Positions 25,898-34,375 of a DNA stretch of 36,161 nucleotides are shown here, piece by piece. The stretch's first letter is position 1, and each line of letters begins with the position of its first letter. A program made the translations under genes and the position numbers. Under the pieces are notes generated by a model. It made no database searches. It was given only the letters and a program-made list of their open reading frames with translations, and had not been told where the DNA came from. Source of the stretch: Burkholderiales bacterium (lineage in GTDB: Bacteria > Pseudomonadota > Gammaproteobacteria > Burkholderiales > JAEUOS01); contig CANGUJ010000002.1 of NCBI GenBank assembly GCA_947456845.1, forward strand, positions 1 to 36,161. The letters are read 5' to 3'.

Positions 25898-26875
25898 GTG
25901 AAGCTTGCCTCGTACAAAACCCTCGCGGCGGCCACCGCGCTCGGCCTGGCCACCCTAAGCGGGCTGACGTTTGCCCAGGCGTGGCCCGCCAAGCCGATTC
26001 GCATGATCGTGAACTTTCCCGCCGGCGGCGTAGCCGATGTTGTCGCGCGGGCCGTATCGCCAGGGCTGGGCGAGGCCATCGGGCAGCAACTGGTGATCGA
26101 GAACCGCCCCGGGGCCGGCGGCAACATCGGCGCGGATGCGGTCGCCAAGGCCCCGGCCGACGGTTACACCCTGCTCATGAGTTCCGGCGGCACGATCTCG
26201 ATCAACCCCTCGCTCTACGCCAAGATGCCGTTCGATCCCGCCAAGGACCTGCAGCCGGTGGCCGCCGCCGCCCGCGTGCTGGTGTTCCTGGTGATACGGC
26301 CGGACCTGCCGCCCAAGGACGTCAAGTCCTTCATCGACTACGTGCGCGCGAACCCGGGCAAGCTTTCCTACGGCTCGCCCGGCAACGGCAGCTCGCCGCA
26401 TCTGGCGGGGGAAATGTTCAAGAGCGCCGCGCGCCTGTACGCGACCCACATACCCTACCGCGGCGCCGCGCCGGCGCTCACCGACCTGCTGGGCAACCAG
26501 CTCGACTTCATGTTCGACCCGGGCATCGGCTTAACCCATGTGCGCAGCGGCAAGCTGCGCCTCTTGGCGGTGGGCAGCCCGAAGCGCTCGCCGCTGTTCC
26601 CCGAGGTGCCGACCCTCGACGAAGCCGGGCTCAAGCGCTTCGATGCCGACAGCATGTTCGGCTTCTACGCCCCTGCCGGCGTGCCGCAGGACATCGTCGC
26701 GCGCCTGAACCGTGAAATCAACCGCCAACTGCAAACCCCGGCGATCCGCGATCGCGTGGCGGCACTCGGGGGCGAGGTGGCGCCCATGACGCCCGCGGAA
26801 TTCGCCGAGCGCGGCCGTCGCGACGCAGAACGCTTCGGCGCCATCATCCGGGAACGCAAGATCGTCGGGGATTGA
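25898..26875 (+). CDS. Bug/TctC-family TTT substrate-binding protein, copy 2
   Basis: GTG start with AAGGAG 8 nt upstream. Signal peptide MKLASYKTLAAATALGLATLSGLTFAQA. Signature KPIRMIVNFPAGGVADVVAR...ENRPGAGGNIG...PADGYT. Confidence 0.9.
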   Translation: MKLASYKTLAAATALGLATLSGLTFAQAWPAKPIRMIVNFPAGGVADVVARAVSPGLGEAIGQQLVIENRPGAGGNIGADAVAKAPADGYTLLMSSGGTISINPSLYAKMPFDPAKDLQPVAAAARVLVFLVIRPDLPPKDVKSFIDYVRANPGKLSYGSPGNGSSPHLAGEMFKSAARLYATHIPYRGAAPALTDLLGNQLDFMFDPGIGLTHVRSGKLRLLAVGSPKRSPLFPEVPTLDEAGLKRFDADSMFGFYAPAGVPQDIVARLNREINRQLQTPAIRDRVAALGGEVAPMTPAEFAERGRRDAERFGAIIRERKIVGD

Positions 26876-26911
26876 TTCGCCGCGCTCGACTTGCATACCC
26901 AGGGCCGTGCG

Positions 26912-27382
26912 TCAAGCGCGGGCCGCAAACGCCGCCGCCGGCAGCCGCGCCTTCAAATCCTCCGGGATCAGCACCGCGCGCGCGTCGCGCAGGCGGAATC
27001 GCCACCCCTGCGGCGTGCGCTCGTACTCGTCGATGAAGTCGAGGAGCATCATGCGTTCCGGCGCGTAAGCGAAGGGCGGGCCGCCGGGCAGGAACGCGTA
27101 GTACGACATGTTGTAGGACGTCGCCCGAGCCCGGCTTTCGGTTACTTCAGTGAAGTGGAAGTTGGTGGTGAGGTGCCGCGTGAACTGCTCAGCCGGGCGC
27201 GCATGCATGGCCGCGAGGATGGCCGCGCGCCCTTCCAGGCGCACACCGGTGCGGATGAACACCCCGTCGGGGACGAACAAGTCGGCGAGCGCCTCGTACT
27301 GCTTGTGGTCGATGTGGTACGCCCAGGCGTGGCTCAGGGCCACGCACTCGGCCTCGACCTCCCGGCGCATTGCCTTGTCCAT
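26912..27382 (-). CDS. SnoaL-like / NTF2-fold protein
   Basis: The ATG at 27382 (MDKAMRREVEAECVALSHAWAYHIDHKQYEALADLF...) gives 156 aa. The upstream part of ORF 26912..27571 is Thr/Ser/Cys-rich and overlaps the VOC gene 3' end, so it is rejected. Confidence 0.65.
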   Translation of the reverse strand: MDKAMRREVEAECVALSHAWAYHIDHKQYEALADLFVPDGVFIRTGVRLEGRAAILAAMHARPAEQFTRHLTTNFHFTEVTESRARATSYNMSYYAFLPGGPPFAYAPERMMLLDFIDEYERTPQGWRFRLRDARAVLIPEDLKARLPAAAFAARA

Positions 27383-27404
27383 GTTCGTCTTCCGCGTGGC
27401 TGGC

Positions 27405-27935
27405 TTACTTCTCGTCGGCCTTGATGCCCGACACTTCGGCGCTCGCGGTGCCGGCATCCATGGGAAAACGATCGCCGAAGTCGAACATGTCGTCGTGCTG
27501 GAAGCCGTCGTAGTGCTGCACTTCCCACCAGTTGTGGTCGCAGTCGACCAGGTAAAAAGAGTACACGCCATGCTGGTCGGCGATCGGCATCACCTTGCGG
27601 ATGCCATAGACGTCCTTGAGTTCGTTGGCGGCCTTCCAGCAGCGGTCGACCTCCTCGCGCGAGCCGACGTCCACGCCCCAGTGGTTGAGCAGGTTCACCG
27701 GCTTCAACTTGTCGCCAACCTCGACGCATACGATATGGAACTTCATGCCGCAGCGGATCACCATCGCGGGAATCGCGTGGCGCACGCATTCGAAGCCCAT
27801 GAATTCCTCGTAGAACTTGCGCGAGGCCTTGAGGTTGTAGCACTCCAGCGTGCCGTGCGACATCACGTAGGGCTTGATGACCGACTGGGCCGAGTTGGGC
27901 GGCGTGAAGGCGGCGTTTTCGATGGCGGGAATCAT
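27405..27935 (-). CDS. VOC-family protein (glyoxalase/bleomycin-resistance/extradiol-dioxygenase fold)
   Basis: The ATG at 27935 overlaps the reductase stop (ATGA). 176 aa with candidate metal ligands in HGTLEC, NHWGVDV and WWEVQHY. The upstream extension of ORF 27405..28217 lies inside the reductase gene. Confidence 0.7.
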   Translation of the reverse strand: MIPAIENAAFTPPNSAQSVIKPYVMSHGTLECYNLKASRKFYEEFMGFECVRHAIPAMVIRCGMKFHIVCVEVGDKLKPVNLLNHWGVDVGSREEVDRCWKAANELKDVYGIRKVMPIADQHGVYSFYLVDCDHNWWEVQHYDGFQHDDMFDFGDRFPMDAGTASAEVSGIKADEK

Positions 27936-28987
27936 GGCTGGTTTCCTTGGTTGGCGTTGGGAGCGGTGTCGGCCGCGGTCAGGAAGGAATCGGCGAAGAA
28001 TGCATCTTCGGGCAGGCGCCGCCCGGCGATGAAATCGCGGCGCGCGGCATCGACCATCGGCGGCGCGCCGCAGGCATATACCTGGTGGCCGGAAAGGTCG
28101 GGGAAATCGTCCATTACGGCGCGGTGCACCAGGCCGGTCCGGCCCTGCCACTGGTCTTCCGGCAACGGGTCGGACAGTACCGGCACGTAGCGGAAGTCGG
28201 GAAAGGTCTTCTCCCACGCGCGCGGCAGGTCGATCATGTAGAGGTCGCGCTTGGAGCGGCAGCCCCAGTAGAGCGTCATGGGGCGGGTATCGGGCCGCCT
28301 GGCGGCGAACTCCAGCATGGCCTTGATTGGGCCGAAGCCGGTACCGCTGGCGACGAACACGGCGGGCCTTTGCGACTCACGCAGGTAGAAGCTGCCCAGC
28401 GGCCCTTCGAAGCGCATCACCTCGCCGACCTTCACGCCGCCGGAGAACAAGCGGTCAGTGAACGCCCCGCCGGGCAGGTGGCGGATGTGGAATTCCAACG
28501 CCCGCACGCCTTCGACGGTGTGTGACACCGCAATCGAATAACTGCGCCGCGAGCCGTCCTTGAACATGAAGTCGACGTACTGGCCGGCGACGAACTGCAT
28601 GTTCTCGTTCATCGGCAGGCGCACCCTGAGCAGGATCACGTCATGGGCGAGCGGGGTGATGTCCGTCACGCGGCACGGCACCACCTTGGTCTCGATGCCG
28701 GCCAGGCCTTCGATCTCCTTGACCTCGATGACGCAGTCCGATAGCGGGCTGGACTGGCACAGCAGGGCGAAGCCGGCTGCCCGGTCCTCATCCTTGAAAT
28801 AGGCAGGATGCGAGTCGCCGTAGTCGACCTTGCCTTCGACGATGCGACCCTTGCAGGAATTGCACACCCCCTGCTTGCAGGAGTAGGGCATGAAGTTGCC
28901 GGCGGCCAGGCCGGCGGCGAGGATGCGCTGCCCGTCGGCCACCTCGAAGCGGTGGCCGCTGGGCCTGAGGGTTACGGAATATGCCAT
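27932..28987 (-). CDS. oxygenase reductase: N-terminal plant-type [2Fe-2S] ferredoxin fused to FNR-like FAD/NAD(P)H-binding domains
   Basis: 351 aa. Ferredoxin Cys pattern C-x4-C-x2-C (YSCKQGVCNSCKG) with a distal LLCQS, FAD motif RSYSIA, and NAD(P)H motif ASGTGFGP. Confidence 0.85.
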   Translation of the reverse strand: MAYSVTLRPSGHRFEVADGQRILAAGLAAGNFMPYSCKQGVCNSCKGRIVEGKVDYGDSHPAYFKDEDRAAGFALLCQSSPLSDCVIEVKEIEGLAGIETKVVPCRVTDITPLAHDVILLRVRLPMNENMQFVAGQYVDFMFKDGSRRSYSIAVSHTVEGVRALEFHIRHLPGGAFTDRLFSGGVKVGEVMRFEGPLGSFYLRESQRPAVFVASGTGFGPIKAMLEFAARRPDTRPMTLYWGCRSKRDLYMIDLPRAWEKTFPDFRYVPVLSDPLPEDQWQGRTGLVHRAVMDDFPDLSGHQVYACGAPPMVDAARRDFIAGRRLPEDAFFADSFLTAADTAPNANQGNQP

Positions 28988-29000
28988 GCAGGGTCCCCGG

Positions 29001-29933
29001 TCACGCCATGGTGTTGACGAGGCTGCCCACCCCCTGCACCTCGCAGCGCACCACGTCGCCCGCCTTGAGGAAGATGCCGCGCGGCGTACCCACGCCCGCA
29101 GGCGTACCGGTGATGATGACGTCGCCGGGGAAGAGCGTCACGCGCTGCGACATGAACGACACCAACTCCGCGTCGTTGAAGATGATCTGGCGGGTCGAGG
29201 AATCCTGCATCAGGGTGTCGTTGACCCACAGCCTCAGCGCCAGGTTGTTGGTATCCGGCATGTCCTCTTTCGGAACCAGCCAGGGCCCCATCGGGCAGGA
29301 ACCGTCCCAGTTCTTGTGGCTGACCCAGTCGTATTCCATCGGCGAGCCGGAGTTGGGCTTGGCCCCCGTGCGCCGCAGGTGATCGCGCGCGGACAGGTCG
29401 TTGGCAATGCTGTAGCAGGCCACGTAGTCCATCGCCTGCTCGATCGAAACATCCTTGCAGGTCTGGCCGATCACCAGCGCGACCTCGATTTCCCAGTCCA
29501 CCGTTTTCGAATAGGGCGGCAGCCTGATCACCGCGCCGTGGCCCGCCAGGGTGTTGCGCGGGGTCTTGATGAAGCACCACGGCGACATGCCCACCACATG
29601 CGGGTCGGGCGCCGGCGGCAGGTTGAATGCGCGTGCCATCTCGGCCATGTGGTCGTGGTAGTTGGCCCCGGCACAATAGATTCCGTTGGGATACAGCACC
29701 GGCGCCAGATAGGTCAGCGACTCGACCGGCCGCCCCGCATTGCCCGCCAGGCGCGTGGGCGTCGCGGCCAGGGCGCGCAGGTCGGCGCTGGCCGCCGACC
29801 AGTCTTCCATGACCGCAAGCACGGTGGGTGTGGCAGGGCGCACATCGGCAAGGTCATAGGCCAGGCCACCAATGACCACCGCGCCGGTGGCACGCCCGCC
29901 CTTAGAGTAGGAGAGCAGCTTGAACGATGCCAT
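29001..29933 (-). CDS. fumarylacetoacetate hydrolase (FAH) family protein
   Basis: About 310 aa. The C-terminal catalytic domain has GDVIITGTPAGVG. The start is ATG 29933 (or GTG 29936), overlapping the upstream binding-protein stop. Confidence 0.85.
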   Translation of the reverse strand: MASFKLLSYSKGGRATGAVVIGGLAYDLADVRPATPTVLAVMEDWSAASADLRALAATPTRLAGNAGRPVESLTYLAPVLYPNGIYCAGANYHDHMAEMARAFNLPPAPDPHVVGMSPWCFIKTPRNTLAGHGAVIRLPPYSKTVDWEIEVALVIGQTCKDVSIEQAMDYVACYSIANDLSARDHLRRTGAKPNSGSPMEYDWVSHKNWDGSCPMGPWLVPKEDMPDTNNLALRLWVNDTLMQDSSTRQIIFNDAELVSFMSQRVTLFPGDVIITGTPAGVGTPRGIFLKAGDVVRCEVQGVGSLVNTMA

Positions 29934-31117
29934 CACTTCGCCGCCGTCATGGCGCAGTTCTGCCCATAGGAATCGATATGGCCCGCCACGATGCGATCGA
30001 CGGTCCGGTTGGTGACCCGGCCGGTGTCATCCCTGACCACCGTGCGCAGCGTCCAGTCCTGGATGGGCATGTGGTTCTTGTTGAACTTGAAGTTGCCGCG
30101 GATCGACCTGAACTTGGCGTTTTCGATCGCCGTCGTGAGGGCCTCCTTGTCGCCCGTCTTGCCCTTGATGGTCGGCAGCGCCGAAGAAAGCAGCATGCCG
30201 AGGTCGTAGGCCATCGCGGCATACAGGGTAGGCAGGCGCTTGTATTCCTTTTCGAAGGCCGCGACAAAGGTCTTGTTCTCGGGGTTGGCGGTATCGTGGG
30301 CCCAGTTGGTGGAATTCATCGCGCCCAGGGCGGAGTCGCCCACGGCGCGCAGGATGTCCTCCTCGAAGGAAGAATTGGGGCCCACCAGCGGCGAGATCTT
30401 CGACAGGCCCGCCAGCTTGTACTGCTTCATGAAGTTGATCCCCATGCCCCCGGGCAGGAAGGCATAGACGAATTCGGGTTTCTTGGCCTGGATCGCGGCG
30501 ATTTCGATCGAATAGTCGAGCTGGTTGACGGTGGTGTAGACCTCGCCGGCGAGCGGCTCCTTGTAATAGCGCTTGAGCCCGGCCACCGCGTCCTTGCCGG
30601 CCGGGAAGTTGGGCACGACCACATAGATGTTCTTGAGTTTCTTGGCGGTGAAGTACTTGCCCATTACCTCGTGCGGCCCGTCGGTCTGATAACCCACGGA
30701 GAAGTAATAGCGGTTGCAGCCGGCGCCAGCCAGGTCCGACGGGCCCGGTACTGTCGACACATACGGCGTTTTCGCGGCCACCGCGGCAGGCGTCACGGCC
30801 AGAACGACCTGGCCGAAAATGGTGCCGGCCAGCATGTTGACGCGGTCCTGGTTGATCATCTTGTCGGCCAGTTGCTTGCCGATCTCCGGCCTGGCCTGGT
30901 CGTCGCCCGGCACCAGCTCCGTCGGTACCCCGCCAAGCGCGCCGCCGCCCAGCTTGAGGGCGAGGTTGAGCCCGGCCATGGTTTCCGTACCGAACGCGCT
31001 GGCCGGGCCGGACATGGTGCTGATGACACCGATCTTGAATTTTTCCTGCGCCTGCGCGCCGGTGACGGCGAACGCCGCGCAGGCGATCGCAAGCATGCCG
31101 CGGAACTGCAGTGCCAT
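29933..31117 (-). CDS. ABC-transporter periplasmic substrate-binding protein, LivJ/branched-chain-amino-acid-binding-like (type 1 PBP)
   Basis: ATG at 31117 with AAGGAG 7 nt upstream. Signal peptide MALQFRGMLAIACAAFAVTGAQAQ followed by EKFKIGVISTMSGPASAFG. 394 aa. The upstream extension of ORF 29933..31336 is rejected. Confidence 0.85.
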   Translation of the reverse strand: MALQFRGMLAIACAAFAVTGAQAQEKFKIGVISTMSGPASAFGTETMAGLNLALKLGGGALGGVPTELVPGDDQARPEIGKQLADKMINQDRVNMLAGTIFGQVVLAVTPAAVAAKTPYVSTVPGPSDLAGAGCNRYYFSVGYQTDGPHEVMGKYFTAKKLKNIYVVVPNFPAGKDAVAGLKRYYKEPLAGEVYTTVNQLDYSIEIAAIQAKKPEFVYAFLPGGMGINFMKQYKLAGLSKISPLVGPNSSFEEDILRAVGDSALGAMNSTNWAHDTANPENKTFVAAFEKEYKRLPTLYAAMAYDLGMLLSSALPTIKGKTGDKEALTTAIENAKFRSIRGNFKFNKNHMPIQDWTLRTVVRDDTGRVTNRTVDRIVAGHIDSYGQNCAMTAAK

Positions 31118-31220
31118 GTTTGTCTCCTTGAATGGCCGGGCAAAAAGGGAGTTGAAGCCACCCGGCGCGGTTTTGTTAACGCATTGTGCTGCGGGAAGTC
31201 CGGATTCACTATACTTTGCG

Positions 31221-31248
31221 ATCAATGGTTTGTATTGATGGCATTGAT
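31221..31248. promoter_or_regulatory. candidate LysR-type operator: ATCAAT-N7-ATTGAT dyad plus a third ATTGAT
   Basis: ATCAAT (31221-31226), ATTGAT (31234-31239) and ATTGAT (31243-31248) lie in the 133-nt divergent region between the binding-protein operon and the LysR gene. The dyad fits the loose T-N11-A LysR box idea. Confidence 0.35.
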
Positions 31249-31250
31249 AA

Positions 31251-32165
31251 ATGAAGGATCTCAACCTGCTGCGGGTGTTCGAAGCGATCTGGGAAACCCG
31301 CTCGGTCAGCAAGGCGGCGGATCGGCTTGCGCTCACCCAGCCGGCGGTGAGCAGCGCCCTCGCCCGCCTGCGCGAGGCCTATTCCGACCCGCTGTTCACG
31401 CGGGCCGGCACGCAGATGGCGCCCACCGCGTTCTGCAGTCAGCAGGCCCACTACCTGCTCGACGCGCTGGCGCTGGTGCAGCGCTCACTCTCGGACGTGC
31501 AGGCCTTCGATCCCGCCACCTCGACGCGCGAGTTCGTGCTCGGCATGCGCGACATCGGCGAGGCCACCCTGCTGGCGCCGGTAATCGCGCATTGCCGGCA
31601 AACCGCGCCCGGCGTGCGCTTCCACACCATGCTCTCGCCGCTGGAGACCACCAACCAGAAACTGGCGGACGGCCGCGTGGATCTCGCGGTCGGCTTTCTG
31701 CCGGCGCTGGAAGCGGGCATCCACCGTCGGGAGTTGTTCAGCCAGCACTATGTGTGCGCGATGCGCGCCGGCCACCCTTTGCTGGCGAGACGCCTGCGCA
31801 TCGGCGACCTCGCCCGCGCAGGGCATATCGCCATCGAATACCTGGGTACCGGGCACGCGCTGGTGGAACGCCAATTGAAGGAGCAGGGACTCGACCGTCC
31901 GGTCGTTCTGCGCACCCCGCATTACATAGCAGCCGCACCCATCCTGGCCGTAACCGACCTGGTGTGCCTGATGCCGGAAATGCTGGCGCGCGCCCTCCAG
32001 ACCAGCCACGGCATTGAATTCCGGCCGATTCCCCTGAAGGCCATGCGCTTTCCGATCGCGCTGTACTGGCATGACCGCTTTCACCGCGACCCGGGCAATC
32101 GGTGGCTGCGCTCGGTCTTCGCCCGTTTTCACGGGCCGGCCGGCGTCATGCCCGACCCGGACTGA
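31251..32165 (+). CDS. LysR-family transcriptional regulator
   Basis: 304 aa. N-terminal wHTH MKDLNLLRVFEAIWETRSVSKAADRLALTQPAVSSALARLRE plus a LysR substrate-binding domain. Divergent from the minus-strand operon. Confidence 0.9.
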   Translation: MKDLNLLRVFEAIWETRSVSKAADRLALTQPAVSSALARLREAYSDPLFTRAGTQMAPTAFCSQQAHYLLDALALVQRSLSDVQAFDPATSTREFVLGMRDIGEATLLAPVIAHCRQTAPGVRFHTMLSPLETTNQKLADGRVDLAVGFLPALEAGIHRRELFSQHYVCAMRAGHPLLARRLRIGDLARAGHIAIEYLGTGHALVERQLKEQGLDRPVVLRTPHYIAAAPILAVTDLVCLMPEMLARALQTSHGIEFRPIPLKAMRFPIALYWHDRFHRDPGNRWLRSVFARFHGPAGVMPDPD

Positions 32166-32168
32166 GCG

Positions 32169-32929
32169 CTATTGCCTGAACAGACGCGCGAAATGGCTGC
32201 GCAACCACTGGTTCGCGGGTTCCTGATGGAAACGCCGGTGCCAGTACTGGTTCACCTGGAAGGGCGGGATCTTCAGCGGATGCGGCAACAGGCGTACCGG
32301 CAGGATCCTGGCAAACGCCTCGCCCAGGCGCTGCGGCACGGTGACCACAAGGTCGGTTTCGGCGATCACCATCGGCACGGAAAGAAAGTGCGGCAGGCGC
32401 ACGCGCACGTCGGGCTCGATGCCGGCGCGTTCGAACACCGCCTCGACGATGCCATGGCCGGTGCCCTGCGCGGACACCACGGCATGGCGGGCCTCGCGGA
32501 AGGCCTTCAGGCTCATGCCCGCGCCGACCTGCGGATGCTCGGTGCGCACCATGCATACGTAGGTTTGCGAAAACACCCGCTGCTGATAGAAGCCGGTCTT
32601 GAGATCGGGCAGGAAACCGACCGCCAGGTCCACCGCCCCCGATTCCATGGCCAGCCGCGCCTCGCGCGCGGGCAGGGCCACCGTCTCCAGCGTGGCGCGC
32701 GGGGCGGCGTGCTCCAGGAAGCGCAACAGCCCCGGCAGGAACACGATCTCGCCGATATCCGACATCAATACCGTGAAGCGCCGGCTGGCGGCGGCGGGGT
32801 CGAACTGCGCCTGCGGCGCAAGGCCCTCACGCCGCGCGCCGAGCGCCTGGCGTCCAGCGATGTGTTGCGATGCACGTGCAGGGCCTCGAAAACGCGCAGC
32901 AGGTTGAGGTCGAAGCGGGCCAGATCCAT
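32169..32929 (-). pseudogene. LysR-family regulator, apparently disrupted (internal ~140-nt deletion removing the HTH recognition helix, with frameshift)
   Basis: The ATG at 32929 encodes MDLARFDLNLLRVFEALHVHRNTS, then runs out of frame to a stop at 32765. The effector-binding domain (FDPAAASRRFTVLMSDIGE... to LFRQ) continues in another frame (ORF 32169..32969). The ATG-to-FDP distance is 125 nt, against about 267 nt expected from the paralog at 31251. Confidence 0.55.
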
Positions 32930-32930
32930 G

Positions 32931-32969
32931 ATGCGGTCCTGCAAGGCAAGGGCCTTGAAAATACCGCAT
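32931..32969. promoter_or_regulatory. nested palindromes upstream of the disrupted LysR gene / in the oxygenase promoter region
   Basis: The outer arms ATGCGGT (32931-32937) and ACCGCAT (32963-32969) enclose CAAGGC-AAGG-GCCTTG (32942-32957). The element lies between the LysR remnant and the Rieske alpha gene at 33085. Confidence 0.3.
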
Positions 32970-33084
32970 ATTCGCCGCGGTGATTGCCGGCCCGGCGGCA
33001 CAAGGGTTACCCTAGCGCCTTTGCAGTCCGGCACAGCGGCACGCATCCCGCCGCCCGGCGCGGCCAGTACGCAGGAGACACCCC

Positions 33085-34371
33085 ATGAACGCACCAGATC
33101 CCGCCTTCGCCCCGACCGCGCCGGTTGCCTGGCACACGCCGGGCGATTCGCGCGTTCCGTACCGTGTGTACACCGACGCGGCCCTCTACAGGGAAGAACT
33201 CGAGCGCCTGTTCTACCGCGGTCACTGGTGCTACGTCGGGCTGGCGGCCGAGATTCCCAACCATGGCGACTTCAAGCGCACCTTCGTCGGCGAGCGCCAG
33301 GTCATCATGGTGCGCGACGCGGACGGCGCCATCAACGTGGTGGAAAACCACTGCGCGCACCGCGGCGTGGCCTTCGTGGAGAAGAACTTCGGCAACCGTC
33401 GCGACTTCATCTGCCCTTACCACCAGTGGAGCTACGACCTCAAAGGCAACCTCCAGGGACTGCCGTTCCGCCGCGGCGTGCGCCAGGACGGCCGTGTCAA
33501 CGGCGGGATGCCGCCGGGCTTTCGGACAGAAGACCACGGCCTCACCAAACTCAAGGTGGCCGAAAAGGGCGGCGTGGTGTTCGCCTCCTTCGACCACTCG
33601 GTCGAGGATTTCGACACCTATCTGGGCGAAGTGCGACCCTGGTTCGAGCGCGCCTTCAACGGCCGCAAGCTGACCATCCTCGGCTACTCGCGCCAGCGCA
33701 TCCCCGGCAACTGGAAGCTGATGCAGGAAAACATCAAGGACCCCTACCACCCGGGCCTGCTGCACACTTGGTTCGTTACCTTCGGCCTGTGGCGCGCCGA
33801 CCAGAAAGCCTACATGCGCACCGACCGCCACGGCCGCCACGCGGCGATGATCGGCTTCAAGAACAGCGGCGGCAAGAGTGAAGTGACCCAGGGCGTGGCG
33901 AGCTTCAAGGAGAACATGGCGCTCGAGGACGACCGCATCCTCGACGTCGTTCCGGAGGCATGGTGGAAGGGCGGCGACTTGGGCATCGATGCCGTGCCTA
34001 CCGCCTGCATGCAGACCATCTTTCCCTCGCTCATCATCCAGCACAACGTCAATTCGGTCTCGACGCGCCAGATCGTGCCGCGCGGCGTGGACGCCTTCGA
34101 TTTCGTCTGGACCCATTTCGGCTTCGAGGACGATACCCCCGAGATGACGCGCCGGCGCATGCGCCAGGCCAATCTGTTCGGTCCCGCCGGCCTGGTATCC
34201 GCCGATGACGGCGAGGTGGTGGAACTCTCGCAGGTGGGCTTCACGCAGCATCCCGACTACCAGACCATCGCGGAGCTGGGCGGTGTGGAGGCCGGCAACA
34301 GCGACCACATGGTGACCGAAACGCTGATCCGCGGCATGTACGGCTATTACCGCAAGGTCATGGGGATCTAG
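33085..34371 (+). CDS. Rieske non-heme iron oxygenase alpha subunit, NagG-like (salicylate-5-hydroxylase-type)
   Basis: 428 aa with AGGAG 9 nt upstream. Rieske motif CAH-x17-CPYH and iron motif ENIKDPYHPGLLH. Stretches such as IPGNWKLMQENIKDPYHPGLLHTWF and MVTETLIRGMYGYYRKVMG match my recollection of NagG-type large subunits. Confidence 0.88.
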   Translation: MNAPDPAFAPTAPVAWHTPGDSRVPYRVYTDAALYREELERLFYRGHWCYVGLAAEIPNHGDFKRTFVGERQVIMVRDADGAINVVENHCAHRGVAFVEKNFGNRRDFICPYHQWSYDLKGNLQGLPFRRGVRQDGRVNGGMPPGFRTEDHGLTKLKVAEKGGVVFASFDHSVEDFDTYLGEVRPWFERAFNGRKLTILGYSRQRIPGNWKLMQENIKDPYHPGLLHTWFVTFGLWRADQKAYMRTDRHGRHAAMIGFKNSGGKSEVTQGVASFKENMALEDDRILDVVPEAWWKGGDLGIDAVPTACMQTIFPSLIIQHNVNSVSTRQIVPRGVDAFDFVWTHFGFEDDTPEMTRRRMRQANLFGPAGLVSADDGEVVELSQVGFTQHPDYQTIAELGGVEAGNSDHMVTETLIRGMYGYYRKVMGI

Positions 34372-34375
34372 TCGC

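Noticed and set aside
24163-26148. 661-aa minus-strand ORF opposite iorB2 and the second Bug gene
   Set aside because: It is antisense to two supported genes and spans their intergenic region. It has no motifs and shows the GC-artefact composition.
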